From contig DAOWJB010000011.1 of NCBI GenBank assembly GCA_030640625.1, positions 1-49,481 of the forward strand: 49,481 nucleotides of DNA, written 5' to 3'. The notes under the pieces were generated by a model. That model did no database searches. It had not been told where the DNA came from and saw nothing but the letters and a program-made list of their open reading frames with translations. Position 1 is the first letter of the stretch. The number at the start of each line of letters is the position of its first letter. Below, in pieces: positions 10,016 through 18,254 of the stretch. A program made the translations under genes and the position numbers. This DNA comes from Bacteroides sp. (lineage in GTDB: Bacteria > Bacteroidota > Bacteroidia > Bacteroidales > SM23-62).

Positions 10016-12073
10016 ATGCTGGCCAGAGAACTTACCGAACCCCGAAGCATAGCTGTTATCGGGGGCTCCAATAACCTGCATAAACCTGGAGGAAAGATCC
10101 TTCAGAACCTCCTGCAGGGTTCATTTTCCGGGGATTTATACGTGGTAAATCCCAGGGAGGATATGGTCCAGGGAGTGAAATGTTATCCTGATCCCGGCTC
10201 TTTGCCCCCAACGGATCTGGCCATACTGGCAATTGCTGCAAGATTTTGTGAGGAGACCGTGGAAATAATGGTGAGGGAAAAGGGAACAAAAGGTTTCATC
10301 ATATTATCGGCCGGATTTGGAGAAGAAAGCAAGGAAGGTGCCGAGTTGGAGAACAGAATAGCAGGGATCATTGATTCGGCCGGCGGTAACCTGATCGGTC
10401 CAAACTGCATAGGGGTGATCACTCAACAATACCAGGGGGTGTTTACAAGTCCGGTTCCTGTGCTTGATCCGAAGGGTTGTGACTTTATATCAGGGTCAGG
10501 GGCAACGGCTGTTTTTATCATGGAAGCCGGAATGCCAAACGGACTTACATTTTCCTCCGTGTATTCCGTCGGGAACAGTGCCCAGACGGGTGTGGAAGAT
10601 GTTTTACAGCACCTTGATGAAACATATGATCCTGACTCCAGTTCGAGGGTTAAATTATTATATATAGAAAATATCGATAAGCCGGATCTGTTGCTTAAAC
10701 ACGCGTCTTCCCTTGTACGCAAAGGTTGCAGGATTGCAGCGATCAAGGCCGGCACCTCGGATGCCGGCAGCCGGGCGGCATCCTCGCATACCGGCGCCCT
10801 TGCCAGTCCGGATATAGCCGTCGGTGCCCTGTTCCGCAAGGCAGGCATCGTCAGGTGCCATAGCAGGGGGGAACTGGTTGCAGTAGCTTCTGTATTCCTG
10901 CACGGGGAACTGAAAGGTAAGCGCATGGCTGTGATAACCCATGCGGGCGGACCTGCAGTGATGCTCACGGATGCCCTGGAAGAAGGGGGCATGGAAGTAC
11001 CGAATATCACCGGTCGGGCGGCAGATGAGCTGCTGGAACAATTGCATCCTGGCTCCTCCGTTTCGAACCCGATTGATTTTCTGGCAACGGGGACCGCAGA
11101 GCAGTTGGGGACCATCATCGACTATTGTGAAAATGAATTCGGGGAGATCGACGGGATGATCGTTATTTTTGGCAGTCCCGGCCTGTTCAGCGTGCATGAT
11201 GTGTACCTCCTGCTGCATGAAAAAATGAAAACCTGCAGTAAACCCATATTTCCTGTACTGCCCTCAGTGGTGAATGGGAAGGAAGAAATTTCAGCATTCC
11301 TTTCATATGGGAGGATCAACTTCCCGGATGAGGTAATATTGGGGAAATCCCTGGCCAGGGTTTACCATACGCCCCGTTTTGATGTCAGGGATGATGGGCC
11401 ACTGGTGGTTAATGTGGAGCGTATCAGGACAGTGACAGCTGCTGCAGCGAACGGCTATTTGTCCCCTGCTCAGGTACAGGCATTGCTGGATGCAGCTGGC
11501 ATACCGAGGGCAGATGAAGCCGTTGTGACGACCAGGGCGGATGCCGTCCTGAAGGCTGAGGAATTTGGATTCCCTGTTGTATTGAAGGTCGTTGGTCCCG
11601 TGCATAAATCAGATATTGGCGGAGTGGCACTTGATATACAGGATCCCACCCAGGTAAGCGGGGAATATGAACGGATGATGCAGATAGAGGATGCGGAATC
11701 TGTTCTGATCCAGCCTATGCTTTCGGGGACTGAATTGTTTGCGGGGGCTAAACTTGAAAATAAATTCGGACATCTTATCCTGTGTGGCATGGGTGGGATT
11801 TTTGTAGAGGCCTTGAAGGATGTGAAAGCGGGACTGGCGCCGCTGACCACAGCGGAAGCTGACCATATGATCAAAAGCCTGCAGGGCTACCCAGTCATTG
11901 ATGGGATCAGGGGACAGGATGGCATAGACGAACAAGCATATATCAACATACTGGTCAGATTATCACAGCTGGTAAGCACAGCCCCTGAAATCATCGAAAT
12001 GGACCTGAATCCCTTGCTGGGAACAAAGGATGGGGTCATAGCTGTTGATGCCCGGATAAAGATTGAAAAATAA
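10016..12073 (+). CDS. ADP-forming acetyl/acyl-CoA synthetase (fused CoA-binding, succinyl-CoA-synthetase-like and ATP-grasp domains)
   Basis: 685 aa. The N-terminal CoA-binding fold has SIAVIGGSNN..GGKI. A CoA-ligase-like middle region has GPNCIG. An ATP-grasp-like C-terminal half has FPVVLKVVGPVHKSDIGGV. Confidence 0.85.
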   Translation: MLARELTEPRSIAVIGGSNNLHKPGGKILQNLLQGSFSGDLYVVNPREDMVQGVKCYPDPGSLPPTDLAILAIAARFCEETVEIMVREKGTKGFIILSAGFGEESKEGAELENRIAGIIDSAGGNLIGPNCIGVITQQYQGVFTSPVPVLDPKGCDFISGSGATAVFIMEAGMPNGLTFSSVYSVGNSAQTGVEDVLQHLDETYDPDSSSRVKLLYIENIDKPDLLLKHASSLVRKGCRIAAIKAGTSDAGSRAASSHTGALASPDIAVGALFRKAGIVRCHSRGELVAVASVFLHGELKGKRMAVITHAGGPAVMLTDALEEGGMEVPNITGRAADELLEQLHPGSSVSNPIDFLATGTAEQLGTIIDYCENEFGEIDGMIVIFGSPGLFSVHDVYLLLHEKMKTCSKPIFPVLPSVVNGKEEISAFLSYGRINFPDEVILGKSLARVYHTPRFDVRDDGPLVVNVERIRTVTAAAANGYLSPAQVQALLDAAGIPRADEAVVTTRADAVLKAEEFGFPVVLKVVGPVHKSDIGGVALDIQDPTQVSGEYERMMQIEDAESVLIQPMLSGTELFAGAKLENKFGHLILCGMGGIFVEALKDVKAGLAPLTTAEADHMIKSLQGYPVIDGIRGQDGIDEQAYINILVRLSQLVSTAPEIIEMDLNPLLGTKDGVIAVDARIKIEK

Positions 12074-12096
12074 ATGGATCATTAATCATAACAATA

Positions 12097-13419
12097 ATGA
12101 GCAAAGAAACTCCCATCGATTTTAATATCGTTTCCTCCAAGATCAATGAACTTGGCATTTGTGACCTGGGACAGGCCAAGATCCGTGAGATCGTGAAGGT
12201 TGTGAATGAGGTTGAGAAGGCGACCGGCGAACATTTCATCCGGATGGAAATGGGGGTGCCGGGACTTGAACCAGCCAGTGTAGGAACAGAAGCTGAGATC
12301 GAAGCCCTCAAAAGAGGAGTGGCTTCAAAATATGCAAATATCGAAGGTGTCGCTGAATTAAAGCAGGAAATATCCAGGTTCTGCAAACTGTTCCTCGATC
12401 TCGATGTATCCCCCGGTTCCTGTATTCCGACAGTAGGAAGCATGCAGGGGAGCATGGCAGCTTTCCTGGTGGCCAACCGGAGCGATCGCAACAGAGAGGG
12501 CACCCTTTTCCTGGATCCGGGTTTTCCTGTGCAAAAGCAGCAATGTATTGTACTGGGACATTCATTCCGGACCTTTGATGTGTACCAGTACAGGGGGGCG
12601 AAATTGCGGGACAAGATGAGGGAATCACTTGATACGGGTTTGGTTTCCAGTGTCTTGTATTCCAATCCTAACAATCCGTCATGGATTTGTTTTACCGAAG
12701 AGGAATTACAGATCATCGGTGACCTGGCCAATGAATATGATGTGGTTGTAATCGAGGATCTGGCCTATTTTGGCATGGATTTCAGGAAGGATGTTTCCAC
12801 CCCCGGCAAACCCCCGTTTCAGTCCACCGTCGCAAAATACACCCAGAATTATCTGCTGCTGATCTCCTGTTCTAAGACTTTCAGTTACGCGGGACAGCGG
12901 ATTGGTATGATGGTCATGTCTGACGAGCTGTTTCACAGGAGGTATCCTGACCTGCTGCGCTATTATACCTCGGACAGGTTCGGTCACTCCATGATCTTTG
13001 GGGCATTGTATGCCCTGTCTGCGGGTGCAAGTCATTCCGCACAGTATGCCGTTGCTGCCATCCTGAAAGCAGCCAACGACGGGGAATTCAACATTGTCGA
13101 TGAGGTTCGTGAATATGGAGAGCGGGCAAAGATCATGAAAAAATTGTTCACCAATAATGGTTTCGATATCGTTTACGATATGGATATTGACAAGCCCCTG
13201 GCAGATGGATTTTATTTTACCTTCAGCTATCCTGGATTCTCAGGGGCCAGGTTGCTCAGGGAACTTTTGTACTATGGGATCAGCGCCATTACCCTGGAGA
13301 TTACCGGAAGTGAAAGGAAAGAGGGATTACGTGCCTGTGTCTCACAGGTCAGGCTTGATGATATGTCCCTGTTAGAGAGTAGGTTACAGAAATTCCAAAA
13401 AGATCATCCTGTTGGATAA
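12097..13419 (+). CDS. PLP-dependent aminotransferase, class I/II fold
   Basis: 440 aa with SNPNNPSW (the NPxNP motif) and SCSKTFSYAGQRIG (Schiff-base Lys context). It starts 23 nt after the preceding gene. Confidence 0.85.
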   Translation: MSKETPIDFNIVSSKINELGICDLGQAKIREIVKVVNEVEKATGEHFIRMEMGVPGLEPASVGTEAEIEALKRGVASKYANIEGVAELKQEISRFCKLFLDLDVSPGSCIPTVGSMQGSMAAFLVANRSDRNREGTLFLDPGFPVQKQQCIVLGHSFRTFDVYQYRGAKLRDKMRESLDTGLVSSVLYSNPNNPSWICFTEEELQIIGDLANEYDVVVIEDLAYFGMDFRKDVSTPGKPPFQSTVAKYTQNYLLLISCSKTFSYAGQRIGMMVMSDELFHRRYPDLLRYYTSDRFGHSMIFGALYALSAGASHSAQYAVAAILKAANDGEFNIVDEVREYGERAKIMKKLFTNNGFDIVYDMDIDKPLADGFYFTFSYPGFSGARLLRELLYYGISAITLEITGSERKEGLRACVSQVRLDDMSLLESRLQKFQKDHPVG

Positions 13420-13516
13420 TACCGGCCACCTGATAATAATCATGCAGGGCGGGATTATGACTCTTAAATAGAATTGTTATTTTAGCTAATTCTAAGGTTA
13501 AAAAAATATATTTCAA

Positions 13517-13747
13517 ATGGCTAAGCAACGAGGTGCGATTGTAGTTGATATTGAGCGTTGCAAAGGCTGTGAACTCTGTATAGAGGCATGTCCTACCAGC
13601 GTACTCCGGATGGAAAGAAAAGTAAACGGGAAAGGCTATCATTTTGCCTACATGGAAGACCCCGGGGAATGCACAGGCTGTATCAACTGTGCAATCGTAT
13701 GTCCCGATGGCGTGATCTCCGTTTACCGGGTGAAGGTAGAAGCCTAG
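13517..13747 (+). CDS. 2-oxoacid:ferredoxin oxidoreductase delta subunit (2x[4Fe-4S] ferredoxin)
   Basis: 76 aa with two CxxCxxCxxxCP motifs (CKGCELCIEACP and CTGCINCAIVCP). It lies directly upstream of the alpha, beta and gamma subunits. Confidence 0.85.
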   Translation: MAKQRGAIVVDIERCKGCELCIEACPTSVLRMERKVNGKGYHFAYMEDPGECTGCINCAIVCPDGVISVYRVKVEA

Positions 13748-13765
13748 GGATATTAACATTTCAGC

Positions 13766-14836
13766 ATGAAGAAAGAACTCCGTTTATTGAAAGGAAATGA
13801 GGCAATTGCAGAAGCAGCCATCAGGGCTGGTGCGGACGCTTATTTCGGATATCCAATAACCCCACAGTCAGAAGTGCTGGAGTACCTGATGATGGAAAAG
13901 CCTGAAGAAAGGACCGGGATGGTCGTTCTCCAGGCCGAAAGTGAACTGGGTGCCATCAATATGGTATTCGGAGCAGCCGGTGCGGGCCGCCGTGTCATTA
14001 CTTCCTCTTCCAGTCCGGGTATATCACTCTTCCAGGAAGGAATCTCCTATATCGCAAGTGCGGAGCTTCCCTGTGTACTGGTCAATGTTGTCCGGGGTGG
14101 GCCCGGACTCGGTACCATCCAGCCCTCCCAGGCGGATTATTTCCAGGCCACCAAAGGGGGGGGGCATGGTGATTATCATCTGCTGGTGCTGGCTCCTGCC
14201 TCCGTGCAGGAAATGGCTGACTTTGTTCCCCTTGGATTTGATCTTGCCTTTAAGTACCGCAATCCCGTGATGATCCTTACAGATGGATTGATCGGGCAGA
14301 TGATGGAAAAGGTTGAGTTGTTTGAACAGATACCCAGGGCTACGGAATTTGACCAGGACTGGGTAGCAACGGGAAAGACCCCCGACAGGGAGCGGAACAT
14401 CATCACCTCACTCGACCTGCAAGCTGTCCAGATGGAGAAAAGAAACCTCAGGCTCCAGGAAAAGTACAGGAAAATGCAAGCTGAGGTGAGATTCGAAGAA
14501 ATTGCCTGTGAGGATGCAGAATATCTCATAATTGCTTACGGATCCAGTGCCAGGGTGTGTCAAAAAACAATACAACAGGCCAGGGATAAGGGGATCAAGG
14601 CCGGACTCCTCAGACCTGTGACCCTGTATCCTTTCCCAACAAAGGCCATCCAGGTTCTGACGGAGAAGGTAAAAGGGATTCTCTCAGTCGAAATGAATGC
14701 CGGTCAGATGGTTGAGGATGTCCGGCTGGCCGTGAATGGAAAGATCCCGGTGGAGCATTACGGGCGTTTCGGTGGAATGGTGCATTCTCCGAATGAAGTG
14801 TTGGAAGCCCTTGAAGAAAAAATAGTCAAACCATGA
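13766..14836 (+). CDS. 2-oxoacid:ferredoxin oxidoreductase alpha subunit
   Basis: 356 aa with N-terminus LLKGNEAIAEAAIRAG..YFGYPITPQSE, characteristic of the OFOR alpha subunit. Substrate (2-oxoglutarate, branched-chain or other) cannot be called from the sequence. Confidence 0.9.
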   Translation: MKKELRLLKGNEAIAEAAIRAGADAYFGYPITPQSEVLEYLMMEKPEERTGMVVLQAESELGAINMVFGAAGAGRRVITSSSSPGISLFQEGISYIASAELPCVLVNVVRGGPGLGTIQPSQADYFQATKGGGHGDYHLLVLAPASVQEMADFVPLGFDLAFKYRNPVMILTDGLIGQMMEKVELFEQIPRATEFDQDWVATGKTPDRERNIITSLDLQAVQMEKRNLRLQEKYRKMQAEVRFEEIACEDAEYLIIAYGSSARVCQKTIQQARDKGIKAGLLRPVTLYPFPTKAIQVLTEKVKGILSVEMNAGQMVEDVRLAVNGKIPVEHYGRFGGMVHSPNEVLEALEEKIVKP

Positions 14837-15630
14837 GCATACATGTAAAAAGTATGGATGTAAAAGATATCATCAAAAAGGAAAACCTGGTTTACAAAAA
14901 AAGCCCTTTGATGACCGATAATGTACTCTCCTATTGTCCGGGTTGCGGACATGGGACCGTTCACAATATCATTGCAGAAGTCATCGAGGAGCTTGGGATC
15001 CAGTCCCAGACCATCGCAGTGGCACCGGTTGGCTGTTCAGTCCTTGCTTATGAATTCGTTGACATCGACTGGCTGCAGGCTGCCCATGGAAGGGCTCCGG
15101 CAGTGGCAACCGGACTGAAGCGGGTGATGCCGGATAAATATATTTTTACCTATCAGGGGGATGGTGACCTTGCCGCTATTGGAACAGGTGAAACCATACA
15201 CGCCTGCAACCGTGGCGAACATATCACCATAATTTTCATCAACAATGGAATATACGGGATGACTGGTGGACAAATGGCACCGACCACCCTCGCCGGGATG
15301 GTATCTTCAACATCGCCCTATGGCCGTGATGTCAGCACCATGGGAAATCCCATGAAAATCACTGAACTGGTGGCCCAGCTGCCCGGCACCTATTATGTAA
15401 CCAGGCAGGCAGTACATAAGCCCAGTAATGTAAGAAAAACCAAGAGGGCCATAAGGAAAGCCTTTGAGAACCAGACGCTGAAAAAAGGAGTATCTCTCGT
15501 TGAAGTGGTTTCGAACTGCAATTCCGGCTGGAAGATGTCCCCTGTCAAGTCAAACAAGTGGATGGAAGAGAATATGTTCTCCTTTTACCCACTGGGCGAT
15601 ATCAAGGTAGACGGCGAACTGGTAAAATAA
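14833..15630 (+). CDS. 2-oxoacid:ferredoxin oxidoreductase beta subunit (TPP-binding)
   Basis: 265 aa with CPGCGHG and the TPP motif YQGDGDLAAIG...NNGIYGMTGGQ. It has an ATGA start/stop overlap with the alpha subunit. Confidence 0.9.
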   Translation: MSIHVKSMDVKDIIKKENLVYKKSPLMTDNVLSYCPGCGHGTVHNIIAEVIEELGIQSQTIAVAPVGCSVLAYEFVDIDWLQAAHGRAPAVATGLKRVMPDKYIFTYQGDGDLAAIGTGETIHACNRGEHITIIFINNGIYGMTGGQMAPTTLAGMVSSTSPYGRDVSTMGNPMKITELVAQLPGTYYVTRQAVHKPSNVRKTKRAIRKAFENQTLKKGVSLVEVVSNCNSGWKMSPVKSNKWMEENMFSFYPLGDIKVDGELVK

Positions 15631-15650
15631 AGAACAAAACAGCATCTATT

Positions 15651-16202
15651 ATGACAGAAGAGATCATTGTTGCAGGGTTCGGGGGACAGGGAGTGCTATC
15701 ACTTGGCAAAATACTTGCTTACTCAGGAATGATGCAAGATATGGAAGTTAGCTGGTTTCCTTCTTACGGTCCGGAGATGAGAGGTGGCACTGCCAATGTA
15801 ACAGTCATCCTTTCCAATGACAGGGTAAGTTCACCCGTTCTGAATGAATATGACACAGCCATTTTATTGAACCAGCAGTCAGTCGATAAATTTGAATCCA
15901 AGGTCAAGCCCGGGGGACTACTGGTCTATGACGGCAACGGTATTAACAACCATCCTTCAAGGAAAGATATCAGCATTTACCGGATCGACGCGGCTGATGA
16001 AGCAGCAAAAATGTCCACAACCCGTACTTTCAATATGATCGTACTGGGAGGATATCTCAAGATTAAGCCAGTGGTTAAACTGGAAAATGTACTCGCAGGA
16101 TTAAAAAAATCCCTGCCTGCCAGATACCACCACCTGCTCCCGGTCAATGAGGAGGCCGTCAGGCGTGGCATGGAGATCGTCTACGAAGTGGCCGAAGCCT
16201 AA
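15651..16202 (+). CDS. 2-oxoacid:ferredoxin oxidoreductase gamma subunit
   Basis: MTEEIIVAGFGGQGVLSLGKILA is the typical gamma N-terminus. The track ORF starting at 15558 would overlap the beta subunit by 73 nt. The ATG at 15651 lies 20 nt after the beta stop and is preferred. Confidence 0.85.
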   Translation: MTEEIIVAGFGGQGVLSLGKILAYSGMMQDMEVSWFPSYGPEMRGGTANVTVILSNDRVSSPVLNEYDTAILLNQQSVDKFESKVKPGGLLVYDGNGINNHPSRKDISIYRIDAADEAAKMSTTRTFNMIVLGGYLKIKPVVKLENVLAGLKKSLPARYHHLLPVNEEAVRRGMEIVYEVAEA

Positions 16203-16263
16203 AAGAAGTAAAACACGGCAAGCAGGGTACGTATTTGCCTACCGCAACTGCTTATCAAAGAGA

Positions 16264-16836
16264 TTATTTCCGGTAGAAATTCATCTTATCCAGATAGCTC
16301 CAGGAGGCAGGAGGGAGGAAATGCTGTATATTTTTGCCTTCGCCGATTGCCTTGCGGATGAAACTTGAGGAGATTTCGATATGGGGTGCATCGACAACTT
16401 TCAGGTTCTCCTGTCCGGCAGTATCAGTGGGAAATCCGGGTCTTGGATAGACATACCTCTGGTAATTTTTCTGGATCTCTGAAGCATTTTTCCATTTCGG
16501 GAAAGCGGGCAATCCGTCGCTTCCCATGATAATGAAAAACTGGTTTGAAGGGTATTTTTCACTTAGCCAGGCAAGGGTGTCGATGGTGTAGGAGGGGGTT
16601 GGCATTTTAAATTCTATATCTGTTGCCCTGAACCGCTCGTCATCTCCAATTGCGCGCTCGACCAGTTCCAGACGGTGATGGTCGGCAAGCAGTGTTTTTC
16701 TTTCCTTGAAGGGGTTATGTGGACTGATCACGAACCATAACTGGGTCATGTCAGTAAACTCCACCATGTAATTGGCAATGGCCATATGGCCGATATGGAT
16801 GGGATTGAAACTGCCGAAAAATAGTCCAATATTCAT
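16264..16836 (-). CDS. nadD: Nicotinate-nucleotide adenylyltransferase
   Basis: MNIGLFFGSFNPIHIGHMAIA is the (H/T)xGH nucleotidyltransferase motif at the N-terminus, and ISSSFIR lies near the C-terminus. The track ORF extends 15 codons further upstream (to 16881) without family support. Confidence 0.88.
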   Translation of the reverse strand: MNIGLFFGSFNPIHIGHMAIANYMVEFTDMTQLWFVISPHNPFKERKTLLADHHRLELVERAIGDDERFRATDIEFKMPTPSYTIDTLAWLSEKYPSNQFFIIMGSDGLPAFPKWKNASEIQKNYQRYVYPRPGFPTDTAGQENLKVVDAPHIEISSSFIRKAIGEGKNIQHFLPPASWSYLDKMNFYRK

Positions 16837-16954
16837 GGTTAAGCATTTTGAGATGAACCTTACCACCCCTATGGCTGGCAAAGGTGTTATAAAAATACCG
16901 ATATTTAAGAAAAAGTAGTTTGACAGAAGTAAAATTATTTAGTATTATTGATTT

Positions 16955-17269
16955 ATGGTAGATATGGAGGAAATAAAAAAAGTCGCTACCCGGATCGGAA
17001 TTGAGACCAATGCCGAGCAGATAATTTTATTTGGCTCATACGCCAGGGGAGAAGCGGGTGAAAATAGTGATGTGGATCTTATGATCATTGCTGAGAGCGG
17101 TTTGCCCAGGTTTAAACGCAGTCGTGAGATATACAAGCTTTTTAGGCCCTATCCTTTTAGCATGGATCTGCTGGTCTATACACCGGAAGAAATTGAAAGA
17201 GGAAAAAAATCACATCTTTCTTTCGTTTCAACTGTCTTAAATGAAGGTGAGATTCTTTATGTCAGATAA
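16955..17269 (+). CDS. Minimal nucleotidyltransferase (MNT-type, putative antitoxin partner of HEPN)
   Basis: 104 aa with LFGSYARGEAGENSDVDLMII, the GSx(n)G..DxD pol-beta-fold NTase signature. It overlaps the downstream HEPN gene. Confidence 0.85.
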   Translation: MVDMEEIKKVATRIGIETNAEQIILFGSYARGEAGENSDVDLMIIAESGLPRFKRSREIYKLFRPYPFSMDLLVYTPEEIERGKKSHLSFVSTVLNEGEILYVR

Positions 17270-17675
17270 TCTGGAAATAGCAAGACAATGGTTTGCCAAG
17301 GCCATGAATGATCTGCTCAATGCGGATAATAATCTGAGATCGGAAACTGTTCCCTATGATACCGTTTGTTACCATTGTCAGCAGGCGGCTGAAAAACTGC
17401 TAAAGGCTTTTCTGGTTGGAAACGGGAAAGAATATCCCTTTTCCCACGATCTTCTGCTGATTCTGGAAAAAATTATTCCTTTAAGAGCCGAGACTGAATC
17501 TTTAAGGGATTCACTTTCAATCCTTATGCCTTACGCAGTTGAGATTCGGTATCCTGATGATTGGTACATGCCTTCAGCCGATGACGCAGAGGAGGCAAGA
17601 GAAGCAATAAACAAGGTACTGGCATGGCTTGAAAATGCCATGCCAGGGCTGTTCGAAGACACACATTCCATCTGA
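17241..17675 (+). CDS. HEPN domain protein (partner of MNT); an alternative start ATG lies at 17259
   Basis: All-helical 138-144 aa protein with A..DL..A, QQAAEKLLKAFL, HDLLLIL and EIRYPDD segments, typical of the MNT-associated HEPN family. It overlaps the MNT gene by 11 nt (start 17259) or 29 nt (start 17241). Confidence 0.8.
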   Translation: MKVRFFMSDNLEIARQWFAKAMNDLLNADNNLRSETVPYDTVCYHCQQAAEKLLKAFLVGNGKEYPFSHDLLLILEKIIPLRAETESLRDSLSILMPYAVEIRYPDDWYMPSADDAEEAREAINKVLAWLENAMPGLFEDTHSI

Positions 17676-17684
17676 TAGATAATT

Positions 17685-18251
17685 TCAGGGGGACAAAAAA
17701 ACTGCAAGGACTTCTTTTACTCTGGTCAGGGCTTCATCAAGACTGTCATTGATGAGAATCACGTCAAACTGGTCCGCATACTGTATTTCGGATTTTGCCT
17801 TGGCAATACGGGTCCGTATTATTTCTTCCGGGTCGGTGGAGCGTTCCCTCAGTCTTTGCTCAAGAACCGTCATTGAGGGTGCCTGTACAAAGACTGCCAG
17901 GGCATTGACTCCGAATGTTTTTTTCAGATTTATTCCCCCGACCACATCCACATCGAAGATAACATGTTTCCCCATGTTCCATATCCTTTCCAGCTCACTT
18001 TTGAGGGTACCGTAATAATGATCCTTGTAAACCTCCTCCCACTCTAAAAATTCCTCCTGTGCGATACGCTGACTGAACTCGGATACGCTCATGAAATAAT
18101 AATCCTTGCCATGCACCTCATTTCGGCGGGGTGGCCTGCTGCATGCAGAAATGGAGAATTCGAGTCCCAGGTCAAGTCCCACGAGATGATTAACAATCGT
18201 AGTCTTCCCGGCCCCTGAAGGAGCTGAGAATATAATGGCTTTTCCTTTCAT
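17685..18251 (-). CDS. gmk: Guanylate kinase
   Basis: 188 aa with P-loop SAPSGAGKTT, R..E..G.DYYF, and YYGT. Confidence 0.93.
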   Translation of the reverse strand: MKGKAIIFSAPSGAGKTTIVNHLVGLDLGLEFSISACSRPPRRNEVHGKDYYFMSVSEFSQRIAQEEFLEWEEVYKDHYYGTLKSELERIWNMGKHVIFDVDVVGGINLKKTFGVNALAVFVQAPSMTVLEQRLRERSTDPEEIIRTRIAKAKSEIQYADQFDVILINDSLDEALTRVKEVLAVFLSP

Positions 18252-18254
18252 GGC

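Noticed and set aside
10423-11218. Long minus-strand ORFs (231 aa and 186 aa) inside the acyl-CoA synthetase gene.
   Set aside because: They are antisense to a gene with clear family motifs. Their products are low-complexity (Ser/Pro/Ala/Arg-rich) with no recognisable motif. This is the usual shadow-ORF effect.
12036-12731. A 231-aa minus-strand ORF overlapping the aminotransferase 5' half.
   Set aside because: It is antisense to a well-supported PLP-enzyme gene, has no motifs, and spans the intergenic gap implausibly.
16203-16263. A nested stem (AAGCAG-GGTA...TACC-CTGCTT) between the convergent OFOR gamma gene and nadD.
   Set aside because: The stems are short, the loop is long and there is no U-tract on either strand, so it is not convincing as a terminator.
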